Of a stretch of DNA of 64,000 nt, positions 25,780 through 39,231 are shown piece by piece. Position 1 is the first letter of the stretch. The number at the start of each line of letters is the position of its first letter. The notes under the pieces were generated by a model. That model ran no database searches. It worked only from the letters and a program-made list of their open reading frames with translations, and was not told the origin of the DNA. Both the position numbers and the translations under genes were made by a program. Source of the stretch: the human T2T-CHM13v2.0 reference genome, Homo sapiens; the NCBI RefSeq assembly GCF_009914755.1, contig NC_060929.1. One strand, 5' to 3'.

Positions 25780-28700
25780 GATGAATCAGGCCAGAAAGAA
25801 CACTAGCAGATGAGGTTTGGAGCGAATCAGAGCTAGCAGAGAACTGTTCTGCAAGACACATAGCTGCTCCCAGCCTGGGAAGTGGAAGGCAGAAGCAACA
25901 CAAATAAGGAACTTAACACAAAAACTGAAAGAAAACAGACTCCAACCATGAGCCATTTGGAAAACTGTAAGTACCCAGAGTTTGTGAGGGAGATAAACTG
26001 CCTTTATACACTCCCACCAGGGAACCTGGCAATCCAGGCCATGGGGGAAGTCCTTAACCCTACCCAGCACTGGAGCTGATTTAGAGAGTGGTGGGAGCAT
26101 GTAAGAAGGAGCGGCACTGGGATATTCTTTGTATGCACTCCCAGGCTCCAGTGGATATGGAGGGAAGCCATTCCTGATCCAACCTCACAGGGGATCTTTT
26201 GGAAGTCTGTCAGGTAACTCAGGTGGTGGTCACATGTTAAAAGAAGCTCCCAATTGAGATTCTAGATATAATCCAGAACCAAAGGGGAAGTGGCAAGTGG
26301 GCTGTAAACATGGGCACTGGAGCTGAATGTCCCTGCTTGGCTGGCTGAGCAGAAAAGGCATGGCCTAAAAGCCAAGGATTCGGTCTTCCAGGGGAAGGCA
26401 TATGGCCTGGGGAAGTTTTGAGTTCTGAGTGCAAACTGCCTGGAACATAGCTAGCTGCTGCTAGAGAAACATTGAGATTGTGAGACCTGCTTTGCCAAGT
26501 GTATGGGAGCTAGGTGGGTGATATGGTTTGGCTGTATCCTCATCCAAATCTCATCTTGAATTTCCACGTGTTGTGGGAGGGACCTGGATAACAAAGTGCC
26601 TAGGAAGAAGAAAACTTATGCGTGTCCTCAACTATCACCACTGCCTGCATCATCCTGGCTAACCAGGAGGTCCTATGTCTGTCCATGTGACCAGTTCATT
26701 ACTACTGGCATTTGAGACTTCCTGGCATTTGAGAAAGCCAACACAATAAGGCTGTTTATAACCAAGGAATCTTACAGAGTCTATGTTACTCCCCTGTCAC
26801 CCCATAAGAGCTGGTGCTTGTTCCCACTGCTGGGAGACTTGAGGACATGTCACATCACTGGATCACTTGCAAGCATTCCCCAGCACCAGCCTGGAGTGTT
26901 GCATTCACCCCATGGGGAAGCTGGACCCAGAGAAGCAGTGGCATTCACAGTAGTCTGTTCTTCAGGGATTCCTACTCCTAGGGGAAGGGGGAGTACACCA
27001 TATCAAGGGACAAAAAAATACAGACAGCAGGACTTGAGTCCCAGAACTTTCTGCTATGGAAAGCATCTTTCAGCAGAGGCACAAGTGCAGTGCTGGGCTC
27101 AGTGTGGAAAGTCTATGGCCCTACTTCAACAGTCAGGCAACCCTGGTGCTTGAAAAGGGTCTTGGAGAAGGTGACTTCTTGTCCCCCTTGCCCACCACTG
27201 CAGACAGAGCTAGGACTTCTCTCACATGATCAAGGCTTAGGTACAGCTATAGACAGCCTTTCTGAAACACTTCAGGGTCAGTGCATCTTCACAGGACTCC
27301 CCTCCATGTTCAGAGTTGCACAAGGGGTTGAGTCACAGTGCTGCTTTACATCTAACATCAACATTCCTGCAGATAAAAAGAGATGCCTGTCTCAGTTGAA
27401 GAGCTGGAACACTGGGTCAGGAGGGTGACTCAGAGGTGGATCATTTTTCTGCTGGCCTGGAAAGGAAGCTGAGTTGGCTCCCACACGTCCCCCCTGAAAA
27501 GATTTCAGTGTATTTCAATTGAGAGCTCCCCCAGCTGCCTCTGTCAAGGCTGGGACCTCTGCCCACCATTGGGTATTGCATTTACCCACCTGATTTAGCC
27601 ACTGATGTTTTTTATCCATGGACACCTCTCTTACTGGCCTGAAGCCTGAGCTGTTCAACACAGCAAATAAAATACTGGGGAAAAAATAAATAAATAAATG
27701 TACACCCCTGGGGAATAAGATAAGATTCAAGAGGCCTCTGCCATTTCAACCCCACAGAGGACAGTGAATCTGCCCCACACTAACCACATTGTTATTACAA
27801 CCAGCATCTGAATAAGCCCTCATACAGAGACTCTTTATCACCAAGGAACTTATACATAATCTTCACCCCGAAAGCACCCAGAGTTGAATTAGGTTACAAT
27901 AAAGTATACTCATGAAAGTCATATCTTCAAGGGAGAAAAAAAAGAAATTAAACAAAAACAGCTGAATTAAAAATAAATTCAAAAATAACTAGAAAAAATA
28001 GTCCACTCAAATGAAAAGAAAGAAGAAAAATAATTATGGCAATATAAAAAAACAGGGTTCTATAATACCCCCAAAATATCATGAATGAATAGCAATGACT
28101 CCAAACCAAGATAACACCTTTGAAATATCAGATAGAGAATTCAAAATGTTGATTATTTAGTTACTCAAGGAGGTACAAGATAAAGGTGAAAGCCACCATA
28201 AAGAAATTATAATGTGAATAAAATATGATTCATATTCAGGATATGAATTTAAAAAATCTAAAGGATAGATGTTTTAAAGCAAAGCCAATCAGAACTTCTG
28301 GAAATGAAAGGCACATTTAGGAAAATACAGTTGGAAAGTTTTAACAACAGACTAGATCAAGCAGAAAAAATAATTTCAGAGCTTGAACACATGACATTTG
28401 AATTAACCCAATCAGACAAAAATAAAGAAAAAGGATTTCAAATAAATGAACAAAGTTTCAAAGAAATATGGGATTATATATAACAGCCAAATCTAAGAAA
28501 CATTGATGTTCCTGAGGGAGAAGAAAAAGCAAAAACTTGGAAATTTTATGTGAGAAAATAATTGAGGAAAACTTTTCTGGCCTTGCTAGAAATTTAGACA
28601 TCCAAATACAAGAAACCCAAAGAACTCCTGGAAGATTCATTGCAAAAAGGACATCACCATGGCAAACAGTCATGAAGCTATCTAAAGCCAATATGAAGGA

Positions 28701-31700
28701 AATAATTCTAAGTGCAGTGAGACAAAAGCATCAGATAACCTATAAGGATAAACCTATGAGACGAACAGCAAACTTTACAAACCAGATGGGATTGGAGTCC
28801 TATGTTTAGCGTACGTAAACAGAATAACTGTCAGTCAAGAATTTTGTATCCAACAAAACTAAGTTGTATAAATGTAGGGGAAATAAAGTCTTTTTCAGAC
28901 AAGCAAATGCTGAGGGAATTTGACATTACCAGACCAGCCCTAAAACAAATGCTAAAAGGAGTTCTACATTTTGAAAAAAAGCTCAATATGCACTAGAATA
29001 GAACCTCTTGAAAGCACAAAACTCACAGGACTTATAAAAAAGTGACACAATGAAGAAAACAAAGTATTTAGGTAACAATAGATATCATGACTGTAACAGT
29101 ATCTCACATCTCAACATTAATGTTGAACATAAATGATCTAACTTAAAAGATACAGATTGGCAAAATGGACAAAAATAATCACAAACCAAATGTCTGCTGT
29201 CTTCAAGAGACTCACCAAACACATAACGATTCTTATAGACTCGAAGTTAAGGGGTAGAAAAAGATATTCCACACAAATGGAAACCAAAAGTGAGCAGGAT
29301 TAACTATTCTTAGATAAACCAGACTTTAAGGCAACAGCAGTTAAAAAAAAAAAAAAAAAAGACAAAGAAGGTCATTGTGCTAAAAGGAAAGTGTATAATG
29401 CTAAATGCCAACATCAAAAAGTCGGAAAGATCATAAGTTGGAAACCTAATGTCATAACTCAAGGAAGTAGAGAAATAAGAACAAACCAAACTGAAAGCTA
29501 GCAGAATAAAAGAAATAACAAAGGTCAGAGCAGAACTAAATGAACTGGAAACAAAAAATACAAAAGAACAATGACACAGAAGGTAGTTATTTGAAAAGAT
29601 ACAAAGATTGATAGACTATTAGCTATATTAACTAAGAAAAAACAAGATTTAAGTAAGCCTGATTAGAACTGAAAATGAAGACAGTACAACCAACACCACA
29701 GGCATAAAAAAGATTATTTGAGCCTGATATGAACACCTCTATATACACAAACTAGAAAATCTAAAGGAAATGGGTAAGTTCCTGGAAACATATAACCCCC
29801 TTACATTTAATCAGGAATAAACAGAAATCCTGAACAGACCAATAGCAAGCAGTGAGATTGAATCAGTAATAAAAAATATTGTCAGCTAAAAAAAGCCCAG
29901 GACCAGACAGACTCACAACCAAATTTTACTAGAAATTCAAAGACGAATTGGTACCAATCATACTGAAAGTATTCCAAAAGATTGAGAAATAAGGAATCCT
30001 CTGTAACTCATTCTATGAAGCCACTCTCATCTTGATAACAAAGCCAGGAAAGGACATAACAAAAAAAGAAAACTACAGACTAATATCCCTGATGAATATA
30101 GATGCAAAAATACCAGCAAACCACATCCAACAGCACATCAAAAAGATAATTCTCCATGATCAAGTGGGCTTTATCCTGAGGATTCAGGGATGGTTTAAAA
30201 TATATTAGTCAATAAATATGATTCATCACATAAACACAATTAAAACAAATAACTACGTGATCATCTCAATAGACACAGAAAATGCATTCGATAAAATTCA
30301 GCATACCTTTATGATAAAAACCTCCAATAAACTAGGCATAGAAGGAACATACCTCAAAATCATAAAAGCAATATATGGCAAATCCACAGCCAACATCATA
30401 TTGAATAGGGAAAAGTTGAAAGCATTCTGCTTAAGAAATGGAACAAGACAAGGATGCCCACTTTCACTACTATTCAACATAGTACTTCAAGTCATAGCCA
30501 GAAAAATCAGACAAGAGAAAGAGAGAGTATCCAAATTGGAAAAGAAGTAATAAAACTATCTTTGTTTGCCAATTACATAATCGTGTGCCTAGAAAACCCT
30601 AAAAACTCCTGCCAAAGACTCTTAGATCTGATAAATGAATTCAGTAAAGTCTCAGGTTACAAAATAAGTGTATATAAATTGGTAACACTGCTATACCTCT
30701 ACAACAACCAAGCTGAAAATCAAATGAAGAACTCAATTACTTTCACAATAGCTGCAAAAATTAAAATACCTCAGAATACACTTAACCAAAGAGGTGAAAG
30801 ATCTCTGCAAAAAGAATTATAAAGTACTATGAAAGAAATCTGTGAAGGAAATCATAGATGACACAAATACAACTACATCCCCTGCTCTTGGATTAGAAGA
30901 ATCAGTATTGTGAAAATGCCATACTGCCCAAAACCAATCTACAGAGTCAATGTAATTCCTATCAAAATACCAACATCATTTTTCACGAAATTAGAAAAAA
31001 AAATTCTAAAAGTCATATGAAATCAACAAAGAGCCCAAATAGCCAAAGCAATCCTAAGCAAAAGGAACAAATCTGGAAGCTTGAAAAATCCTTCAACTTA
31101 AAATTATACTACGAGGCTATGGTTACCAAAATAGTTTGATACCGGCATAAAAGTAGATACATTTGCCTAACAGAATGGAATAGAGGACCCAGAAATAAAG
31201 CCAAATACTTCCAACCAAGTAATCTTCGACAAAGCACACAGAAACATAAATTAGGGAAAGGACACCCTATTCAATTCATGCTGCTGGGGAAACTGGATAG
31301 CCACATGCAGAAGAATGAAACTGGATCCCCAACTCTCACCATATAAAAAAAATCAACTCAAAATAGATTAAAGGCTTAAATCTAAGACCTGAAACCATAA
31401 AATTCTAGAAGAAAACCTAGAAAAAAACACTGCTGGATATTTCCCTAGGCAAAGAATTTATGACTAAAATCCAAAAAAAATGCAAACAAAACAAAAATAA
31501 ATAAATGGAACCTAATTAAGCTAAGAAGCTTCTGCACAGCAAAAGAAATAATCATCATAGTAAATAGACACCCCACGGAACAGGAGAAAATATTTGCAAA
31601 CTCTGACAAAAGACTAATATCCAGAATCTACAAGGAACTCAAGCAAATCAGCAAGAAAACAAAACTAAATCGTATCATCAAAAAGTGGAAAATCACACGA

Positions 31701-32545
31701 ATAGACATTTCCCAAAAGGGGACATACAAGTACTCAACAAATATATGAAAAAAAATACTCAACATCATTAAGCATCATGAAAATGCAAATTAAAGCCACA
31801 ATGAGATAACATCTTAACCCAGTCAGAATGACCATTATTAAAAAATAAAAAAACAATAGATGTTGGCATGGATGTGGTTAAGGGGGAATGCTTATACACT
31901 AATGGTGGGAATGTAAAGTACAACCTCTATAGGAAACAGTATGGAGATTTCTCATAAAACTAAAGGTAGATCCACCATTCAACCCAGCAATCTCACTATT
32001 GGGTATCTACGCAAAGGGAAAGAAGTCATTGTATCAAAAGGATAGCTGCATGTGTATGTTTATCACAGCACAATTCACAATAGCAAAGATATGGAACCAA
32101 GCTAAGTGCCCATCAACCAATGAGTGGACTAAAAAAAATGTGGCATATATACACCATCGAATACTGCCATTCAGCCATAAAAAAGAACATAAGGTATTTT
32201 GCAACAACTTGGATGGAGCGGGAGGCCATTATTGTAAGTGAAGTAACTCAGGAATGGAAAACCAAATACTATATGTTCTCATTTGTAAGTATGAGCTAAG
32301 CCATGAATACGCAAAGGCACACTGAGTGGTATAATGGACACTGGAGACTCAGAACAGGGAAGGGTGGGAGAAGGTTAAGGGATTAAAAAACTACATACTG
32401 GGTATAACATAAACCACTCAGGTGATGGGTGTACTACAATCTCAGACATCATCACTATATAATTCATCCATATAACCAAAAACCACTTGTACACCAAAAG
32501 CTATTAAAATAAAAATATATGTTAAAAATATAAGTAAATAAATAA
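25780..32545 (+). mobile_element. Near full-length decayed L1PB (long 5' UTR, ORF1 ~28010-29000, ORF2 ~29090-32240, L1PB2/3-like 3' UTR)
   Basis: ORF1 peptides (IIEENFSGLARNLDIQIQE; RILYPTKLS), RT peptides ([14 protein letters not shown]; GTRQGCPLS), A-rich tail; many stops and frameshifts. Confidence 0.92.
26519..26587 (+). mobile_element. THE1A/B LTR 5' stub
   Basis: tgatatggtttggctgtatcctcatccaaatctcatcttgaatttccacgtgttgtgggagggacctgg. Confidence 0.8.
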
Positions 32546-32854
32546 AGGCATATTTTTAAACTATTCTAACAAGCAGGAAATGACTTGTAAAACACCTCAT
32601 ATTAAATTACATTTTATAGGTTTTTCACCAATCTGGGATTGATTAACCAGCACCAAATGATCAGGAGAAAGAACATGCCATGGAAAAGATATGTCCCCAA
32701 TACACAAGAAGACACAAACATAACTGTGGCTCACACATAAACTGTAACAGCTACATCTCTATTATTGACGCCACATGCTTGCCAACATTGCCTGTGTTAA
32801 TCATAGAGATAGCTACAAGGGGTGAGAGAATCAACGCTTGAGAAACCCATGTTA

Positions 32855-33267
<413 letters not shown>

Positions 33268-33288
33268 TTAAATTTCAGAACTACTTAC

Positions 33289-33346
33289 CGTGTCCATTAA
33301 ATCCATGTAGATGTATTTGGGAGCCCAGTCTATGCTGTTTTCTTGC
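33289..33346 (-). other. Candidate 58-nt spliced exon (unknown, probably non-coding transcript)
   Basis: Acceptor cactttttaatttcag|G and donor ACG|gtaagt in non-repeat DNA. Confidence 0.45.
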
Positions 33347-35954
33347 CTGAAATTAAAAAGTGACTGTTTATTCTCACTATGGACCCAGATTACAGTCCTA
33401 GTTCCCAGCACAGCAATAGGAGCTGAACAAAATTGCTTGAGGAATTAATACCAAGAGAAATTTTACAAGATAAAATGTAAGCTTGAAATAAATGTTATGT
33501 CTTCATGGTATGATCATTAAAATGACAATTTTTACATAGACCATTAAGTGCACCTAATGAACACACATGTGGGAGGACGCACCTGTGCAAAGTCCTCCCT
33601 CAAAGTCAGGTACGTGCAGAGAATGTCAACTAGGAGACACAAGCCTCCATTCCGAAAAAAAACAGATGTCACCACAGGGCTTCAGAAGCAATGCTGGCAA
33701 TAAGAGATGGTTTTTTTACAAACTAAATATTGTGTGTTGTAACAGAATTTTTAAATACATATTTTTCTCACGAAGGTCAGTAACGATGGTGTCTCCAGTA
33801 GTAATTCAGTCTTTTGAAACTAAGATAATTAATGCTCAATTCTATTGTCATGCATCTGCTCATCACCCTTTGCAAGGGTTGGGGATCACAGCCTTCTCCT
33901 CCATGCACAACCCTGCACCACTCATGAAGAGCTGGTCAGAGGGCCTGGAGGCCAGGGCTCTACTCTGGCACCCACACTGCATTGGAGTGCAGCAGATTTC
34001 TGCACTGAGCACCTCCTAGTGATGCTGAGAAAGAGTGAGGCACCTCGGCCCTGGTAGTCTACTGGAAAAACCTCTGCTGGAAGCTCCTGAGGTGTTTGAA
34101 ACAGAGGTTTGCATTCAAAGTGAATACTGGTAAAGGATGAAGACGACTAAAAATGTCAAATATGAAAGCCAGAGTCATCTTTACTGGTACTGTTATAAAA
34201 CTGGTGTCTCATTAAAGTCAGAGCAACACGTATACGTATATACATACGTATAAATACATAAATTTATACATATTTAAGTCTAAATGAGAGTCCCAGGAGA
34301 GGATTCATCTAACTCATGGTTGCAATAATATTGGAGGATGTCAGGGCCTCACTTTCACTTGTTTCCAGGTGAGGTGAATCATTAAAACATTTCTTTTTTA
34401 CAATGATGACTCCTCTAGGACCCTCCACCCACCTCCCACCACCATCCTCCAAGCCCATGTGACAAGTTTTAATAGCATAGCAGTGACTAGATTTCCCTAA
34501 ATGGGATCTACTGACTCATGGACAACAGATGAGAACCCTGTCATCTCAGTCTTCTGTGTAAAAACATCATATGTCTCAAAAAAGACATCCGTTGAAACAT
34601 ATTTAAAATATAATAGAACCACTTGGTAGGAAAAGGCTACTTTCCTGCAATATTGTCATTACTAAATTTTTCAGGTAATTTACTTTTTTGGTTTTGGTTT
34701 TGATTTTTATTTGATCAGGATGTGCAACAAGGTTGCTCATTTAGTATTCAGATTTCTGATGACTGGAGAGAGATAATATTTTTATTTTTCATATCCATTT
34801 CTTTATGTTTTATGAATGCCCATTCATATCCTTTGTCAATTATTTATTTGTTGCTTTTGCTACTTTTTCCTGTATCAATTTTTAGAACCCTTTGTTAGGT
34901 GCATGTAATAAACATTTCCTCCCAATTTGTTCCTTCACTTTCTTTGTTTATTTTGATTGTGTTATTGATTCTAGAAAATATATAATTTTATTGAGTTAAA
35001 TTTGTTATGCCATTTATGCTTTTTAATCTTTTGCTTTCAGTGTTTATGTATATATTTAATTGTGCCAAGTTTTAAATAGTATTGTCTTCCAGTATTTAAT
35101 GCATCCTTAAAATATTTGTATGCTGTTAGGTGTCTATTTTTTCCATTGGAATATGGAATTAGTGCAATACTTTTATTGAACAGTAGCTATAATATTATGA
35201 AACCATGCAGAGATCTCATACATATATTAAAAACTTTGGTCTTTACATCCTACAAGCCCTGAAAAATCGTTTAAAGTTTTTATTAGAAGAAAGACATGCT
35301 GAAATTTGCTTTTAAATCTAAAATACCATTCTCCATGGAGTGCGGAAAACAGATTACAGGATTAAGAACACATGTGTTGTTAGGCTGGACTATCTCCATG
35401 TTTTTCTCTGGCATTAAATGCCATCATTCTAAGATGAGAGTCTCAAAAACTGGCTTTTTTTCTTTCATATGAGTTACATGAAGTTAACCAAAAGTTACAT
35501 TCTGTGGAGACACTTCAGAAAATGCTATTAAATTTTCCAAACATGCAAAGAACAGTTTTGAATTTGTAAGATGTCAGACATTCCAAAAGGCTAACAAGTA
35601 AGGGCAAATTTAAAATTGGGTCCTGTATCCAATAAAAATGTCTGTATTCTGTGTATAACGCTTTTCGGGATTATGAGATTTCAAGAAAGTTTACGTGACA
35701 ATTGCAAAGATCATATTGTGTTGCAGATAAATTTAGGATCTTTATGACCCAGGTGATTGACATGTATATGTACACATTATACATATGTATACATATTTTC
35801 CAAAATACATATTTCCCAAAACTAAGAATTTAAATAAAGGGTATTTGCTGAAAGGATGGGGGTTGTGTGGGTGAAAAAAGTATTCTCATTAGTTACAATT
35901 CAAAATGGTTTTGTTAATTCTCAAACACACATTCTCCCATTTGGTCAATTATGA

Positions 35955-36470
35955 AGTGCTGTTCTGTTTATTGCTGTATACCATCTGAAAACTAAAAGGA
36001 TTAAAACAACAATTTGTGATTGCCTTTCACAGTTCTGGAAGTTTATAGTTCAGTTGGACATTTCCCTCTTGGGTTCCTCCATCAGTTACAGGTAGACTGG
36101 GGCCGAGGCTGGAAACATCTCAAGGCCTCTTCACCCATGTACCTGACATCCAGACTGAGAGGTCTGGAAAAGCTGGGGTAGATCAGGAAGGCACCTTCTC
36201 CATGTGGCCAATTTGGGATTCCTCAAACCATGGTGCTCTCCAGGTAGTTAGGCTTCTTATTTGGCACCTGGATTTTTACAGAGGGGGTGGTCTAAAAAAA
36301 TCACAGCAAATGTTTCACAGGGTCACAGAAGCTTCCTATAACTTAGTCACAGAAGTCACACAGCATCACCACCACCACATTCTCTTGGTTACAGAGGGCT
36401 GGCCCAACTTAGCGTGGAGAGGACTACCAGGAGGCATGGTTCATTGGTGCCACCTGGGAGCGTAGCTACT
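35955..36470 (-). mobile_element. MLT1 (G/H-like) MaLR LTR
   Basis: tattgctgtat..ttaaaacaacaattt..cacagttctgg..cagaagtcacacagcatcac..cacattctcttggttaca. Confidence 0.75.
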
Positions 36471-36719
36471 GAGAGGTTATATTCACGTACTAGAGGGCAG
36501 TGGAGACAAGAAAATGTGTCACTAAAGGCTGTCTGGGGACTAAAGAAAGTCCTCATTATTTTGAAGAGGGATGTTTGTTACACAAGGGATCCCTGCTATG
36601 GTATGTCATCGAGTGGACACCACACAGGAAGCTAGTTTAACTAAAGAGGGAATTCATTTTTTACATTTAACTACTAACATTTTGGGAGAAAGCAAGAAAC
36701 AAGATGAGCACTGAGCGTT

Positions 36720-37016
<297 letters not shown>

Positions 37017-38747
37017 TGCATTGTTATTTTTTGTTCACAGAGAGAGTAAATAACTAAAATGCTTCTTCAAGTCGCAGGTTACATTTAATAGCAGAAAAAG
37101 AATTTCAGGAACTGTTACTTATTGCCAGGAAATAAGGGGCCAGGTCAATGCTCAGAGCCTACCATACCCTTGAAGATTCCTAGCAATTAAGTGAACTATT
37201 AATTTCTGGATTCGGAAACCAGAAACAAAACTTTGCCTTCTTTACAGATAAGGGGGACACTGTATCATCTGCTGTCCGGTGTCAAATGTCACAATGAATG
37301 GTCTGTTCTCCCCTGTGAATTTGTTCTGTGGTCATAACTGTATACAGGAATCACTTTGGAATCCTCAAAACCCCCGAGCCTTGTGTTAAACCCCACGAGT
37401 ATTTAGAGTTTTACAACTACGAAGCTGAATGTCGAGAGAAAAAGACAAAGATTCCAAAAAAATGGTCTCAAAGTACCTCCTTGTTTAAGTTGGCTGCCAG
37501 GCAAATCAGCTCATCTCCAGCAGAACAGAAGCCGCCTTTTCAGGGAAGCGTGGCAGCTGCCGGCGAACACAAAGCAGCTCTGTGATGGTTGAAGCCAGCA
37601 AAGAAAAGCGCCCCCTCCGAGTGGAATCACAGGAAGGAAACCTCCGTGGGCAGCAGGAGCAAGTGCAATCCCTGGAGACGAGTCGAAGGGGCCCGAGGCC
37701 CCGAGAAGGGCAGGATGCGATGCTGGGTGTGTGACCTCAGCCATGGAAGGGCCACCTGCCACCGGGGGGCTGGGCCGTCGGGCCTTTGGTTGTGGAGGGA
37801 AAAGAGTGGCCACTTGCTGGAGCTGGGAACGTGCAGTGATGAGCACTAGGACAAGAGGACCGTGACAAACAGACATAGAAGGTAAAACTGCCCGAGTACA
37901 GGCTGATCCACAGACCTGTGTCCAGGGAGAGGCCTCAGGATGGATTTGGAAATGCAGGACAGGTTCATGAAATCCTCACACACCTGCCACATACTCAAGG
38001 AGGGTGCTGTTTACTTGATTGATTGTGCTGGTCCTGAACATCTGACATGATTTGTGGTTATAAATGGGTGTTTGCCGTTAACTATAAGTATCTTGGAGTA
38101 ATTTAACAAACAACAATAGGTATTGGGGCAGGTCAGCGCGTCTCCACCTGAAAGACAAAGGAAAGCCGTGAACGCAGGACCAGCAGTTGTGGCTCACGGT
38201 GAGAGGTGACAGCGTGGTAGCATCCCTTGCTGGCTCTGGGCGCCTCCTCGGCCTCGGCGTCCGCTCTGGCCGCGCTCAAGGAGCTCTTCAGCCCGCCGCT
38301 GCGCTATGAGGGCCTCTCTCTGGGGCTGGCGGAGGCCGGAGCCTGCTCCCTCTGCTGGCGGGGAGGTGTGAAGAGAAAGGCACTGGCTGGAGCCGGCGCT
38401 GCGCGCGGCGCTCGCGGCCCAGCGCTTGGGTTCCAGGTGAGCTCCGGCTCTGCAAGCCCCGCACTCGGCGTGGCCGGCCGGCGCCTGCTGGGCTTGATCG
38501 GAGACTGAATCCCTGCGTGGACCACCGTTCCCTCTTCGCGGGATTGTTGGCCACCATAGCCGATCTCCGTCTCTTTCTCTCTTCCCCTCTTTTCCTCTTG
38601 ATTGTCTGGAACTAGCTCCCTCTGGGCTGCCGGATTACCCGGCCCGCCAAGTTCCGCAGCGAGAGCCAGTGAGAGATGATGCCGGCTGGGCTTCTGGGAC
38701 GGTTGGGGACTTGGAGAACTTTTGTGTCTAACTAAAGGATTGTAAAC

Positions 38748-38910
38748 GCACCAATCAGCACTCTGTGTCTAGCTAAAGGTTTGTAAATGCACCAATCAGC
38801 TCTCTGTCAAAACGGACCAATCAGCTCTCTGTAAAATGGACCAATCAGCTGCCTGTAAAGCGGACCAATCAGCAGGATGTGGGTGGGGCCAAATAAGGGA
38901 CTAAAAGCAG
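38748..38910 (+). promoter_or_regulatory. LTR12 promoter: five tandem ccaatcag (NF-Y) boxes and TATA-like site
   Basis: Five ccaatcagc copies, then gggtggggccaaataagggactaaaagc. Confidence 0.75.
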
Positions 38911-38991
38911 GCCACCAGAGCAGGCCGCTGCAGCTTGCTCGGGTTCTCTCTCTGCTCTGTGGAAACGTTGTTGTTTAGCTCTTTGCAGTGA

Positions 38992-39231
<240 letters not shown>

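Noticed and set aside
25780-32545. Possibly active full-length L1
   Set aside because: Many stops and frameshifts plus an endonuclease deletion.
33567-34019. 150-aa ATG-started ORF in unique DNA
   Set aside because: No recognisable domain; crosses homopolymer runs; could be chance. PhyloCSF or Ribo-seq would be needed.
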